Positions 1 through 8,916 of a DNA stretch of 64,000 nt are shown here, piece after piece. Location: NCBI GenBank assembly GCA_017537345.1, contig JAFYKY010000021.1:18554-82553 (forward strand). The letters run 5' to 3'. The stretch is from Clostridia bacterium (GTDB taxonomy: Bacteria > Bacillota > Clostridia > Oscillospirales > CAG-382). The position numbers were made by a program, and so were the translations under genes. Under the pieces are notes generated by a model, which searched no databases, had not been told where the DNA came from, and was given only the letters and a program-made list of their open reading frames with translations. Numbering within the stretch: position 1 is the first letter of the stretch; each line of letters begins with the position of its first letter.

Positions 1-2040
1 AACGGAACCATTCTTGCCACTACCATTACCGTTCAGAACTGCTTTATCTCTCCTGCGGATATTCCTCTTAAGGATAAAGACGGCAACCCCACGGAAGAAA
101 CCAAAGAGCTTGTAATAAAAGAGCTTTCAAAAATATTGAACGTAGAGCAAAGCTTTATCCGTGAAAAAGCGGAAAAGGTAAACCGCAAATACGAAATGAT
201 AAAAAAAGAGCTTAACGCCGAAGAAGAAGCGGCGGTAAGAAAGCTTATTACCGATTACGGACTTACCAATATAGTTCATCTGGAGGAATCCACAAAGCGC
301 TATTATCCTTACAGCGATCTGGCGTGCCACGTAATTGGCTTTACGGGCAGCACCAACAACGGTCTGCAGGGTCTGGAATACACTTATGATGAATTTCTGA
401 CCGGCGTGGACGGACGTGTTGTAAAGGCTACCGATGCAAACGGAAACGAGATCCCCTTTGATTACGAAAGCTATATAGACGCTATCGACGGCTACAACCT
501 TGTAACTACCATAGATTGGTCGATACAGTCTATTCTTGAAAAATATCTTAAGCAGGCATACGAGGAAACCAAGCCTACCGGTACCGTTACGGGCATTATA
601 TGCGACGTAAATACCGGAGAAGTGCTGGCAATGTCAAACGCTCCCTCGTTCGACCTTAATAACTATTCCATTCTCACAGAGCCGTTTATGGAGCTTCTGG
701 AGGAATTTGAAGCGCTGGAGGGCGTAACCGAAGAGCAGGTAAATGAATACAAAGCAGAGCTACGCTACAAAATGTGGTCCAACTTTGCGGTAAGCGCTAC
801 CTACGAGCCAGGTTCGACCTTTAAAATGATCACCGGCGCCATCGCTCTTGACGAAGGCTGTATAGACGAAGACGATACCTTTGAATGTCAGGGCAGATAC
901 GTTATTGCGGGCGTTCCTATCAAGTGCCACGTTTACGGCAAAAAGATACACGGAACACAGGTGTTTGCTCAGGCAATATACAATTCCTGCAACCCTGCCT
1001 TTATTCAGATAAGCCAGAAGATAGGCCCCGAAAGATTTGAAGAATATTTCGATCTGTTTGGATACAACGAAAAGATCTCTTCCGATTTTCTTGGCGAGGC
1101 TACCTCCATATTCTTCCCCTCTCTGGGTGTGGTAGACCTTGCCAACGCATCCTTCGGTCAGGGCTTTAAGGTTACTCCCATTCAGCATTTAAGAGCGCTT
1201 TGCACCATTGCCAACGGCGGATATCTTGTTACGCCTCATCTGGCAAAGCAGGTTACGGATACGGAAGGAAACGTAATAGAAAATATTGAATACGGTACGG
1301 CGCGTCAGGTGGTTTCTTCAAAGACCTGCGAAATTATAATGAACGCCCTTGTAAACTCCACCAAAAACGCATCCGTAAGCGGATACAACGTGGTTTCCAA
1401 AACCGGTACTTCCCAGAAGCTGGATACCGTGGATATAGAAGACGACTACGTGCTTTCCTGCGTTACCTTTGCTCCCGCAGAGGATCCCCAGATAGCCATT
1501 CTGGTTTTGGTGGATAACCCCACCGTAACCAACTCTACCGTATACGGTTCCTCCATCGCCGCGCCTATTGTTTCCAACGTTCTTTCAGAGGTGCTTCCTT
1601 ATATGGGCATACTTCCCACCGAATCCGGCGCGGACGTTATGGTTACCGTTCAGGATTACCGCAGAAACGACGTTGATACCGCCACTTTCGCTATCGAGCA
1701 GTTGGGACTTAAGGTGTATATAAAGGGCAACGGAACTGAAGTTATAGATCAGATGCCTCGCGCCGGTCAGGAGCTTAACACCGAAAACGGTGTGGTCGTT
1801 CTTTATACCGAGGGAAGCAACACCAGCGAAATGATCATAATGCCGGATCTGAGCGGTATGTCCCCCTCCAAAGTGACGGATGCTTTGACAAATAAACACC
1901 TTAATATATCTGTAAGCGGTATATTTAACGATTCTTATACAAACTGCTACGTGTTCTCTCAAAGCGTACCCGCAGGCACCTTGGTTTCTCCCGGTACGGT
2001 TATAGAGATAGAATTCAGATACAACGAGGAAATAGAATAA
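1..2040 (+). CDS. Class B penicillin-binding protein (SpoVD/FtsI type) with two C-terminal PASTA domains; 5' end lies outside the window
   Basis: Frame is open from base 1. Transpeptidase motifs EPGSTFK, SCN and KTGT are present, with PASTA-like repeats at the C-terminus. It heads the dcw cluster. Confidence 0.9.
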   Translation, partial: NGTILATTITVQNCFISPADIPLKDKDGNPTEETKELVIKELSKILNVEQSFIREKAEKVNRKYEMIKKELNAEEEAAVRKLITDYGLTNIVHLEESTKRYYPYSDLACHVIGFTGSTNNGLQGLEYTYDEFLTGVDGRVVKATDANGNEIPFDYESYIDAIDGYNLVTTIDWSIQSILEKYLKQAYEETKPTGTVTGIICDVNTGEVLAMSNAPSFDLNNYSILTEPFMELLEEFEALEGVTEEQVNEYKAELRYKMWSNFAVSATYEPGSTFKMITGAIALDEGCIDEDDTFECQGRYVIAGVPIKCHVYGKKIHGTQVFAQAIYNSCNPAFIQISQKIGPERFEEYFDLFGYNEKISSDFLGEATSIFFPSLGVVDLANASFGQGFKVTPIQHLRALCTIANGGYLVTPHLAKQVTDTEGNVIENIEYGTARQVVSSKTCEIIMNALVNSTKNASVSGYNVVSKTGTSQKLDTVDIEDDYVLSCVTFAPAEDPQIAILVLVDNPTVTNSTVYGSSIAAPIVSNVLSEVLPYMGILPTESGADVMVTVQDYRRNDVDTATFAIEQLGLKVYIKGNGTEVIDQMPRAGQELNTENGVVVLYTEGSNTSEMIIMPDLSGMSPSKVTDALTNKHLNISVSGIFNDSYTNCYVFSQSVPAGTLVSPGTVIEIEFRYNEEIE

Positions 2041-2042
2041 TT

Positions 2043-3389
2043 ATGTCAGTTGATTTCCAAAGAATTATCCGCGTTACCGGAGGAAAAGCAGGCGAAGGTA
2101 CGGATATGAACAGAGAGTTCGATCTGTTTACCACCGACAGCCGCGAAACTCCCGGTAACAATGCGCTGTTCGTAGCCTTTAAGGGTGAACGCAACGATGC
2201 CCACGATTATCTGGACAGCGTGCTTTCATCGGATAAATGCGGCGCTTTGATAGAAGACCAAAGGTTTTTAAAGGCGAATGCCGTTTTGGTGCCGTCATCC
2301 CGCAAGGCGCTTCAGCAGATCGCAAAGGATTACCGCGAAAACGATATCAGAGATACCGTGTGTATCGGTATAACGGGAAGCGTAGGCAAGACCACCGCCA
2401 AGGAAATGACGGTAAAATGCCTTTCCTCCGGCAAAACCGTGTCCTTTACCAAGGGTAACCGCAACAGTCAGGTAGGTTTGCCCCGCACCGTGCTTGAAGT
2501 GCCCGCGGGTACAGAAGCGGCGGTGTTTGAGATGGGTATGAGCCTCCCCGGCGAAATGGAGCGTATCGCAGTATGCGCCCAGCCGGATATAGTAATGGTA
2601 ATAAATATCGGTACTTCCCATATAGAAGCCTTTGGAACAAGAGAAAAAATACGTGATGAAAAGCTTAATATCTTAAAGGGTATGCGGGAAGGCGGAAAGC
2701 TTATCGTAAACGGCGATGAGCCGTTGCTTGCTTGCCTGCCGAATGCCATAAAATGCGGTATTGACAACCCCCAAAACCAAGTGTATGCTTACAATATAGA
2801 GCAGGACGGCTTGGATACCGTCTTTGACGTTTGTCTGTTCGGAGAGCATTTTAATACCCGTATCGGCGCTATCGGCAGACATATGGTATACGATGCCTTG
2901 TTTGCATTTGCCGCAGGTCATTTTGCGGGACTCACCGTTGAACAGATGCGCTCTTCTCTGGAGGATTTTTCCACCGTGGGTGACAGACAGCGCATCGTGG
3001 AAACCGACGGTGTGCGTGTTATTGCGGATTGTTATAACGCCTCTCCCGAATCCGTATCCGCCGCCCTTGACGTATTAAAGGGCTTTGCGGGCAGAAAGAT
3101 CGCCGTTTTGGGCGATATGCTTGAATTGGGAGAGCACAGCCCCGCTTTGCACGCAAAAACGGGGGAAAAGGCAAAAGAAACGGGTGTAGACCTGCTTGTA
3201 TGCGTTGGCGAACAATCAAAAAATACGGCTTTATCCTTCGGTGCAAACGCTGTCTGCTTTGGGGCGGACGAAGGAGAAAAAGCCGCAGAATATATAAAGA
3301 ATACGGTTTCCGCAGGAGATACCGTGCTGTTTAAGGGCAGCAGGGGAATGAAGCTGGAAACTATAATGAAGAAGGTTTTTAATATATGA
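2043..3389 (+). CDS. murF: UDP-N-acetylmuramoyl-tripeptide--D-alanyl-D-alanine ligase
   Basis: TDSR, GITGSVGKTT P-loop, EMGM, DCYNASPES, LGDMLELG and KGSRGM motifs; lies upstream of mraY. Confidence 0.95.
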   Translation: MSVDFQRIIRVTGGKAGEGTDMNREFDLFTTDSRETPGNNALFVAFKGERNDAHDYLDSVLSSDKCGALIEDQRFLKANAVLVPSSRKALQQIAKDYRENDIRDTVCIGITGSVGKTTAKEMTVKCLSSGKTVSFTKGNRNSQVGLPRTVLEVPAGTEAAVFEMGMSLPGEMERIAVCAQPDIVMVINIGTSHIEAFGTREKIRDEKLNILKGMREGGKLIVNGDEPLLACLPNAIKCGIDNPQNQVYAYNIEQDGLDTVFDVCLFGEHFNTRIGAIGRHMVYDALFAFAAGHFAGLTVEQMRSSLEDFSTVGDRQRIVETDGVRVIADCYNASPESVSAALDVLKGFAGRKIAVLGDMLELGEHSPALHAKTGEKAKETGVDLLVCVGEQSKNTALSFGANAVCFGADEGEKAAEYIKNTVSAGDTVLFKGSRGMKLETIMKKVFNI

Positions 3390-4351
3390 ATATGACCGTC
3401 TTGATGATACTCGGTGCCCTTATCGGCTTTGCCGTTACGGTGCTTTTGTGCAAAATTTTTATTCCCGTGCTCCGCAAGGTAAAATTGGGGCAAAAGATAC
3501 TTGAAATAGGACCTTCCTGGCACAAGTGCAAGGAAGGCACACCCACAATGGGCGGTGTATTCTTTATTTCGGGAATAATTATTGCCGTGTGCGCACTCAT
3601 CTTGCCTGATTGTATAAAAACAAATAACTGGGCGATAATGCTTCATCTTGGCTTTGCTTTGTTTAACGGACTTATCGGTCTTGTTGACGATTACGTTAAG
3701 CTGTTCAAAAAGAGAAACAAAGGGCTCACCGCAATCCAAAAGCTTATACTCCAGTTCGGCTCCGCAGGCGTATATCTGTTTGCCGTGGACAAACTCGTGG
3801 GCATAAATACGACGGTTTTCGGAATAAATTTAAGCTTTTTCTACTATATTATATTATTGGTGGCGATCGTTTATTTTGTAAACTGCTCCAATCTTACCGA
3901 TGGTATCGACGGTCTGGAGGGAAGCATCTCTGCCGTTATATGTCTTGCTTTAATGCTTTTGGCTATCCGTCTTAAGGATACCTCTCTGGCAGTTATTTCC
4001 GCCACCTCAGTAGGCGCGCTGCTGGGTTATCTTATTTTTAATTTCCATCCTGCAAAGGTGTTTATGGGTGATACCGGTTCATTGTTCCTGGGCGGTCTTG
4101 CAACTGCGCTGTTGGTACATATCGGATCTCCTCTGCTCATAATACTGATGGGCTTCGTATGGCTCTTTGAAGGCGTTTCCGTAATGCTTCAGGTATTTTC
4201 CTTCAAGGTGTTTAAAAAGCGTATCTTCAAAATGACTCCCGTTCACCACCACTTTGAAATGTGCGGATGGAGCGAATTCACCATCGTAGGTGTATTTTCT
4301 CTCGTAACCGCTATCGGATGTGCAATAGCTTATTTCGTATACTTTATGTGA
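3386..4351 (+). CDS. mraY: Phospho-N-acetylmuramoyl-pentapeptide transferase
   Basis: KEGTPTMGG, NLTDGIDGL, FMGDTGS and PVHHHFE motifs in a polytopic membrane protein. Confidence 0.97.
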   Translation: MNMTVLMILGALIGFAVTVLLCKIFIPVLRKVKLGQKILEIGPSWHKCKEGTPTMGGVFFISGIIIAVCALILPDCIKTNNWAIMLHLGFALFNGLIGLVDDYVKLFKKRNKGLTAIQKLILQFGSAGVYLFAVDKLVGINTTVFGINLSFFYYIILLVAIVYFVNCSNLTDGIDGLEGSISAVICLALMLLAIRLKDTSLAVISATSVGALLGYLIFNFHPAKVFMGDTGSLFLGGLATALLVHIGSPLLIILMGFVWLFEGVSVMLQVFSFKVFKKRIFKMTPVHHHFEMCGWSEFTIVGVFSLVTAIGCAIAYFVYFM

Positions 4352-4359
4352 GGATATAA

Positions 4360-5592
4360 ATGAATTCCAATCTTCCTGCCGTCAGTCAAAAACAAAATAG
4401 TTCCCTGCCGGCAGAAAGACCGGTAAAACGAAATATAGTCCGTATGATAGGGGAAGTAGACCGTCCCCTTATGCTTATTATCATTGCCCTTATGTGTATA
4501 GGTCTGGTTATGGTATTTTCCTCCAGCTATGCTCACGCAGATACCCGTTACGGCGATTCCTACCGTCTTATAAAATCCCAGCTCCGCGCCGCGCTTATCG
4601 GCTTGGCAACGATGCTTGCGGTAACAAGGCTGGATTACAGAATTATAAAAAAGTTCGGTGTTATCGCTTGTTTCGTTATCTATGGGCTTAATTACGCCGT
4701 TCCTTTTATCGGTACGGTGTTCAGCGGCGCAAAGCGTTGGATCCAGTTTGGCGGCTTTACAATGCAGCCTTCGGAGCTTTTAAAATTTGCCGTAATACTT
4801 GCGGCGGCTATATATATTTCGGATAACTACCATAAAATATCATCCGCAACCACCTTCAGAGCGCAGATGCGCACCCTGCTTCCCATGGCGGTCATAGCCT
4901 TGGCGGCGGCAGGCGCAACAATGTTCCAGAACCACTTTTCCGCAACCATAATTATGGCGTGTCTTGCCTTTGCGATGCTGCTTTTAAGCAATATCAAGCT
5001 CCGCTGGGTGCTTATCGCGCTGGTAGTCGCAGGCGTGGCTTTCGTGTTGCTGTTCACCGTATTCCGCGGGGTATTGGAAGAATTGGTTCCGCAGGTGTTT
5101 ACCCGTCTTGAAGTATGGGAAGACCCCTTCAAGTATATGTCGGTAGCTTCCGGCGGTAAGGGATATCAGCCCGCCCAGTCCTTGTATGCCATCGCATCCG
5201 GCGGCTTCTGGGGTCTGGGTCTGGGTCAGAGCAACCAAAAGCTCGGTTATCTGCCCGAACCGTACAACGATTATATTTTCGCTATCCTTTGCGAAGAATT
5301 GGGACTTTTCGGCGCAATTCTCGTTATCGCTCTTTTCGCGGCGTTTATTATAAGAGGCTTTATCGTAGCCTCCCGCGCGCCGGATAGATTTTCACAGCTT
5401 TTAACTATGGGAATAGTTTCGCAGGTTGCTATTCAGGTAGCTTTGAACCTTGCGGTTGTAACAAACACTCTGCCCTCTACGGGTATCGGTCTGCCCTTCT
5501 TTTCTTACGGCGGTACCGCGTTAATAATTTTGCTTACCGAAATGGGAATAGTTCTTTCCGTTTCCCGTTATTCTTATGTAGAGAAAGGATAA
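4360..5592 (+). CDS. ftsW: SEDS peptidoglycan glycosyltransferase FtsW/SpoVE
   Basis: GAKRWI, QPSE, LPEPYNDYIF and LPFFSYGG motifs; sits between mraY and murG. Confidence 0.92.
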   Translation: MNSNLPAVSQKQNSSLPAERPVKRNIVRMIGEVDRPLMLIIIALMCIGLVMVFSSSYAHADTRYGDSYRLIKSQLRAALIGLATMLAVTRLDYRIIKKFGVIACFVIYGLNYAVPFIGTVFSGAKRWIQFGGFTMQPSELLKFAVILAAAIYISDNYHKISSATTFRAQMRTLLPMAVIALAAAGATMFQNHFSATIIMACLAFAMLLLSNIKLRWVLIALVVAGVAFVLLFTVFRGVLEELVPQVFTRLEVWEDPFKYMSVASGGKGYQPAQSLYAIASGGFWGLGLGQSNQKLGYLPEPYNDYIFAILCEELGLFGAILVIALFAAFIIRGFIVASRAPDRFSQLLTMGIVSQVAIQVALNLAVVTNTLPSTGIGLPFFSYGGTALIILLTEMGIVLSVSRYSYVEKG

Positions 5593-5598
5593 TCGAAT

Positions 5599-6705
5599 AT
5601 GAGAATAGTAATGTGCGGCGGCGGTACCGGCGGCCACGTCAATCCCGCCATATCCATTGCAGATACCATAAAAAAGCGTTATCCCGATGCGGAAATATCC
5701 TTTATCGGCACAGAAAAGGGTATAGAGCACGTTCTTGTGCCCAAGGCGGGATATGATATTTCCTTTGTGAAGGTGCGCGGATTTAAAAGATCCCTTTCTT
5801 TAAAAAATATAGATGCGGCTGTAAAAGCCGTTACTTCGGTAATGCGGGCAAAAAAACTGCTTAAGGAAGCCAAGCCGGATCTGGTTATCGGCACAGGCGG
5901 CTACGTTTCCTGGCCCACCGTAAAGGCGGCAAGTAAATTGGGTATTCCCACCCTTATTCACGAGCAAAACGCATTCCCCGGTATGACCACCAAAATGCTT
6001 TCGGGCTTTGCGGATAAGGTTTGCATTTCCTTTGAAGAAAGCAGAAAATTCTTTGATGAAAAAATAAGAGAAAAGCTCATCTTTACGGGCAACCCCGTAA
6101 AGCAGAGCGAGATTACCCGCGCAGACGCCCGCAAAGCTCTGGGACTTTCCGATGACAAGGTGTATATCCTTTCCTTCGGCGGTTCTTTGGGTGCAGAAAA
6201 GGTTAATCAGTATTGCTTTGATCTTATGGGCTGGGTTGAAAAACGCAAGGAGATATTCCATACCCACGCTATCGGCAAGGGCGGATATCAGAAGTATTCT
6301 GCCATCGCCGCGGAAAAAGGTTACGATAAAGCAGAGAATATAGAAATTCTGGAATACATATACGATATGCCGCTTCGTATGGCGGCGGCAGATATTCTTG
6401 TGTGCCGCGCGGGCGCCATAACTCTGGCAGAGCTTGCGTGTATGGAGAAGACCTCCATACTCATTCCTTCTCCCAACGTAACGGATGACCACCAGTATAA
6501 AAACGCGGCGGTTCTGGCAAACGCTTGCGCCGCAGTGGTTATGCGTGAAAGCGAGGTTACGGGTGAAAAGCTTATCGCGCAGGTAGAAGCTTTGGCATAC
6601 GATAAAGAAAAACGGGAAGTGGTTCAGGCGAATATCCGCCGTTTTGCCCGTCCCGACGCGGTAAACGAGATCGTGGATGCCGCACTATCCCTTATAGGAA
6701 AATAA
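5599..6705 (+). CDS. murG: Undecaprenyl-PP-MurNAc-pentapeptide GlcNAc transferase
   Basis: GGGTGGH, HEQN, GGSLGA, RAGA and HQYKNA motifs. Confidence 0.97.
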   Translation: MRIVMCGGGTGGHVNPAISIADTIKKRYPDAEISFIGTEKGIEHVLVPKAGYDISFVKVRGFKRSLSLKNIDAAVKAVTSVMRAKKLLKEAKPDLVIGTGGYVSWPTVKAASKLGIPTLIHEQNAFPGMTTKMLSGFADKVCISFEESRKFFDEKIREKLIFTGNPVKQSEITRADARKALGLSDDKVYILSFGGSLGAEKVNQYCFDLMGWVEKRKEIFHTHAIGKGGYQKYSAIAAEKGYDKAENIEILEYIYDMPLRMAAADILVCRAGAITLAELACMEKTSILIPSPNVTDDHQYKNAAVLANACAAVVMRESEVTGEKLIAQVEALAYDKEKREVVQANIRRFARPDAVNEIVDAALSLIGK

Positions 6706-6729
6706 TTTGATTTTAAAGGAGGTGGGACC

Positions 6730-7521
6730 GTGGAGCAGGTCAGATTCAAGCGCAAAACAGTAGATCTTGACGAAATGGAAAAACAACAAAGTAAAAAGCG
6801 GTTCCGCCGTAATTTCTTTTACGTATTTCTGTTTTTAACGGTTATTCTGGTGTTTCTGGGAACTGCGTTTTTCGTCTTTTTCCGTGTGAAGGAAATATCC
6901 GTAACCGGCAACAGTATGTATACGGACGAAGAGATAATCATAGCTTCGGGAATTGAAGAAAAGGTAAATATGTTTTCATTTTCGGGCAAAACCGTGGAGC
7001 AAAGCATAAAGGATTCCCTTCCTTACGTGGGAAGCGTTACCGTTAAAAGAGATCTTCCTTCCGGGATCGTTATAGAGATCGAGGAAGAAAAAACGGTAAT
7101 GTATACGGTTTTGAACGGAGATTATTATCTCCTTTCCGATGAGCTTACCGTGCTTTCCGTAAGCAGTAAGATATCTTCTGTTCCGTCAGGCGCAATAAAG
7201 CTTATAACGGGCAGTGTAAACCGCTGTCTTGTGGGACAACCCCTTACCTTTATGGACGAGCGCACGAGGGATTCTATTTTGGAAATGTATTCCGTGCTTT
7301 CGGATAACGAAATGGAATATTATATCAGAGAGATCAATATCGCCAGCAGATTCGATATCAGTATGCAGTATACGGACAGGTTCGATATATATATCGGCGA
7401 TATGGATAATTTTGAATTAAAGATACCTTTTCTGGCAAAAGTTATTGACGAACTGTATGAAGACGATAAAGGCAGTATAGATTTGTCATCTCATACCGAA
7501 GCAACCGTAGCTTTAGAGTGA
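6730..7521 (+). CDS. divIB: Cell division protein FtsQ/DivIB
   Basis: Basic N-terminus, one TM helix and a POTRA-like segment (ISVTGN...VKRDLPSGIVIEIEE); lies between murG and ftsZ. Confidence 0.8.
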   Translation: MEQVRFKRKTVDLDEMEKQQSKKRFRRNFFYVFLFLTVILVFLGTAFFVFFRVKEISVTGNSMYTDEEIIIASGIEEKVNMFSFSGKTVEQSIKDSLPYVGSVTVKRDLPSGIVIEIEEEKTVMYTVLNGDYYLLSDELTVLSVSSKISSVPSGAIKLITGSVNRCLVGQPLTFMDERTRDSILEMYSVLSDNEMEYYIREINIASRFDISMQYTDRFDIYIGDMDNFELKIPFLAKVIDELYEDDKGSIDLSSHTEATVALE

Positions 7522-7559
7522 AAAAAAGCAAAAAAAACGATATAAATTAAAAAAACCCC

Positions 7560-7588
7560 TTGCAATCTTGCAATTTATGTATTATTAT
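7560..7588 (+). promoter_or_regulatory. Putative sigma-A promoter for ftsZ
   Basis: TTGCAA-17-TATTAT, preceded by A-tracts. Confidence 0.45.
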
Positions 7589-7631
7589 ATATATGTATAA
7601 AAATTTTAGTCGGACGGAGGAACTCTATTTT

Positions 7632-8729
7632 ATGAGCAATGAATTTGAAACAACCGTTAATGTAATAAAAGTTGTAGGTGTAGGCGGCGGCGGCGGAAAC
7701 GCTGTTAACCGTATGGTAGAAAATAAAATCAACGGCGTAGAATATATCGCTGTAAATACCGACCTTATGGTGCTCAACAAGTCTTTGGCACACAAGCGCA
7801 TCAATATTGGTGAGCGTATCACCAAGGGTCAGGGCGCAGGCGCAAACCCCGAACTGGGTGAAAAGGCTGCAGACGAATCTATTGAAGCTATCACCGAAGC
7901 ACTTCAGGGCGCAGATATGGTATTTATCACCGCAGGTATGGGCGGCGGTACCGGTACCGGCGCAGCTCCTATCGTTGCACGTATCGCAAAGCAGATGGGC
8001 ATACTTACCGTATGTATCGTAACCAAGCCCTTTAATTTCGAGGGCAAGAAGAGAATGGCTCAGGCAGAAAGCGGTATCAAGCGTCTTGCCGAAGTTACAG
8101 ACTCCCTTATCGTTATCCCCAACGAGCGTCTTAAGCTCCTTACCGATAAAAAGATCACCTTCCTCAATGCGTTCCACGAAGCAGACGATATCCTCCGCAA
8201 GGGCGTTCAGTCTATCTGCGAGCTGGTTACCCAGGAAGCAGAGATCAACGTTGACTTTGCAGACGTTTGCGCAGTTATGGCAAACGCAGGCCTCGCTCAC
8301 ATGGGCGTAGGTACCGCAAAGGGCAAGGACAAAGCAGAACAGGCTGCAAAGCTTGCTATGTCTTCTCCTCTGCTCGAGACCAACATCAGCGGCGCAAAGG
8401 GTATCGTTATCAACGTTACCGCTTCTCCCGATATCGGTCTGGAGGAAGTAGACTACGCTGTTGCTATGATCACCAACGAAGCAAATCCCGATGCTACCAT
8501 CATCTTCGGTGCTGCATTTGATGAAACTCTTGAGGACGAAATGCGTATCACTCTTATCGCTACCGGTTTTGATTCCGTAAAGAAGACCGAAGCGGTTCGC
8601 CGTCCCGTTGTAAGCGCAGAAGCAAAGCCCGAAGTTAACGCCGCTCCCGAAAAGGAAGCAGAAGCAGGCAGCGAAGAGGATATTGATAACATCATTCAGA
8701 TGATCAATAAGTCCCGCTCTGAATTCTAA
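7632..8729 (+). CDS. ftsZ: Cell division GTPase FtsZ
   Basis: [21 protein letters not shown] and INVDFADV motifs. Start moved to ATG 7632, which follows a GGAGG RBS. Confidence 0.98.
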   Translation: MSNEFETTVNVIKVVGVGGGGGNAVNRMVENKINGVEYIAVNTDLMVLNKSLAHKRINIGERITKGQGAGANPELGEKAADESIEAITEALQGADMVFITAGMGGGTGTGAAPIVARIAKQMGILTVCIVTKPFNFEGKKRMAQAESGIKRLAEVTDSLIVIPNERLKLLTDKKITFLNAFHEADDILRKGVQSICELVTQEAEINVDFADVCAVMANAGLAHMGVGTAKGKDKAEQAAKLAMSSPLLETNISGAKGIVINVTASPDIGLEEVDYAVAMITNEANPDATIIFGAAFDETLEDEMRITLIATGFDSVKKTEAVRRPVVSAEAKPEVNAAPEKEAEAGSEEDIDNIIQMINKSRSEF

Positions 8730-8786
8730 AAATTGCGAGCTGTCTTATTAAGTCAGACCCAAAAACGCAAAAAGTAAATAAAAACA

Positions 8787-8826
8787 GGCGAGAAAGGTAA
8801 ATGCTTTTCTCGCCGTTTGTTTTTTA
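8787..8826 (+). terminator. Intrinsic terminator after ftsZ
   Basis: GGCGAGAAAG/TTTTCTCGCC stem followed by a T-rich tract. Confidence 0.75.
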
Positions 8827-8916
8827 AATTTTTTATTTTTCACCCAACCTTTTTTGTATATCGCTTATCTGTATTACGAAAGCGCTTTTAAAAGTAAAAC
8901 CGAAAGGATGATATGA

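Noticed and set aside
7560-7631. N-terminal extensions in the ORF track (ftsZ, DUF5685, rpmE, CyuA-like, GH13, SGNH, AEC and others)
   Set aside because: The extensions run through promoters or upstream genes. Downstream starts have proper RBSs and match the family N-termini.
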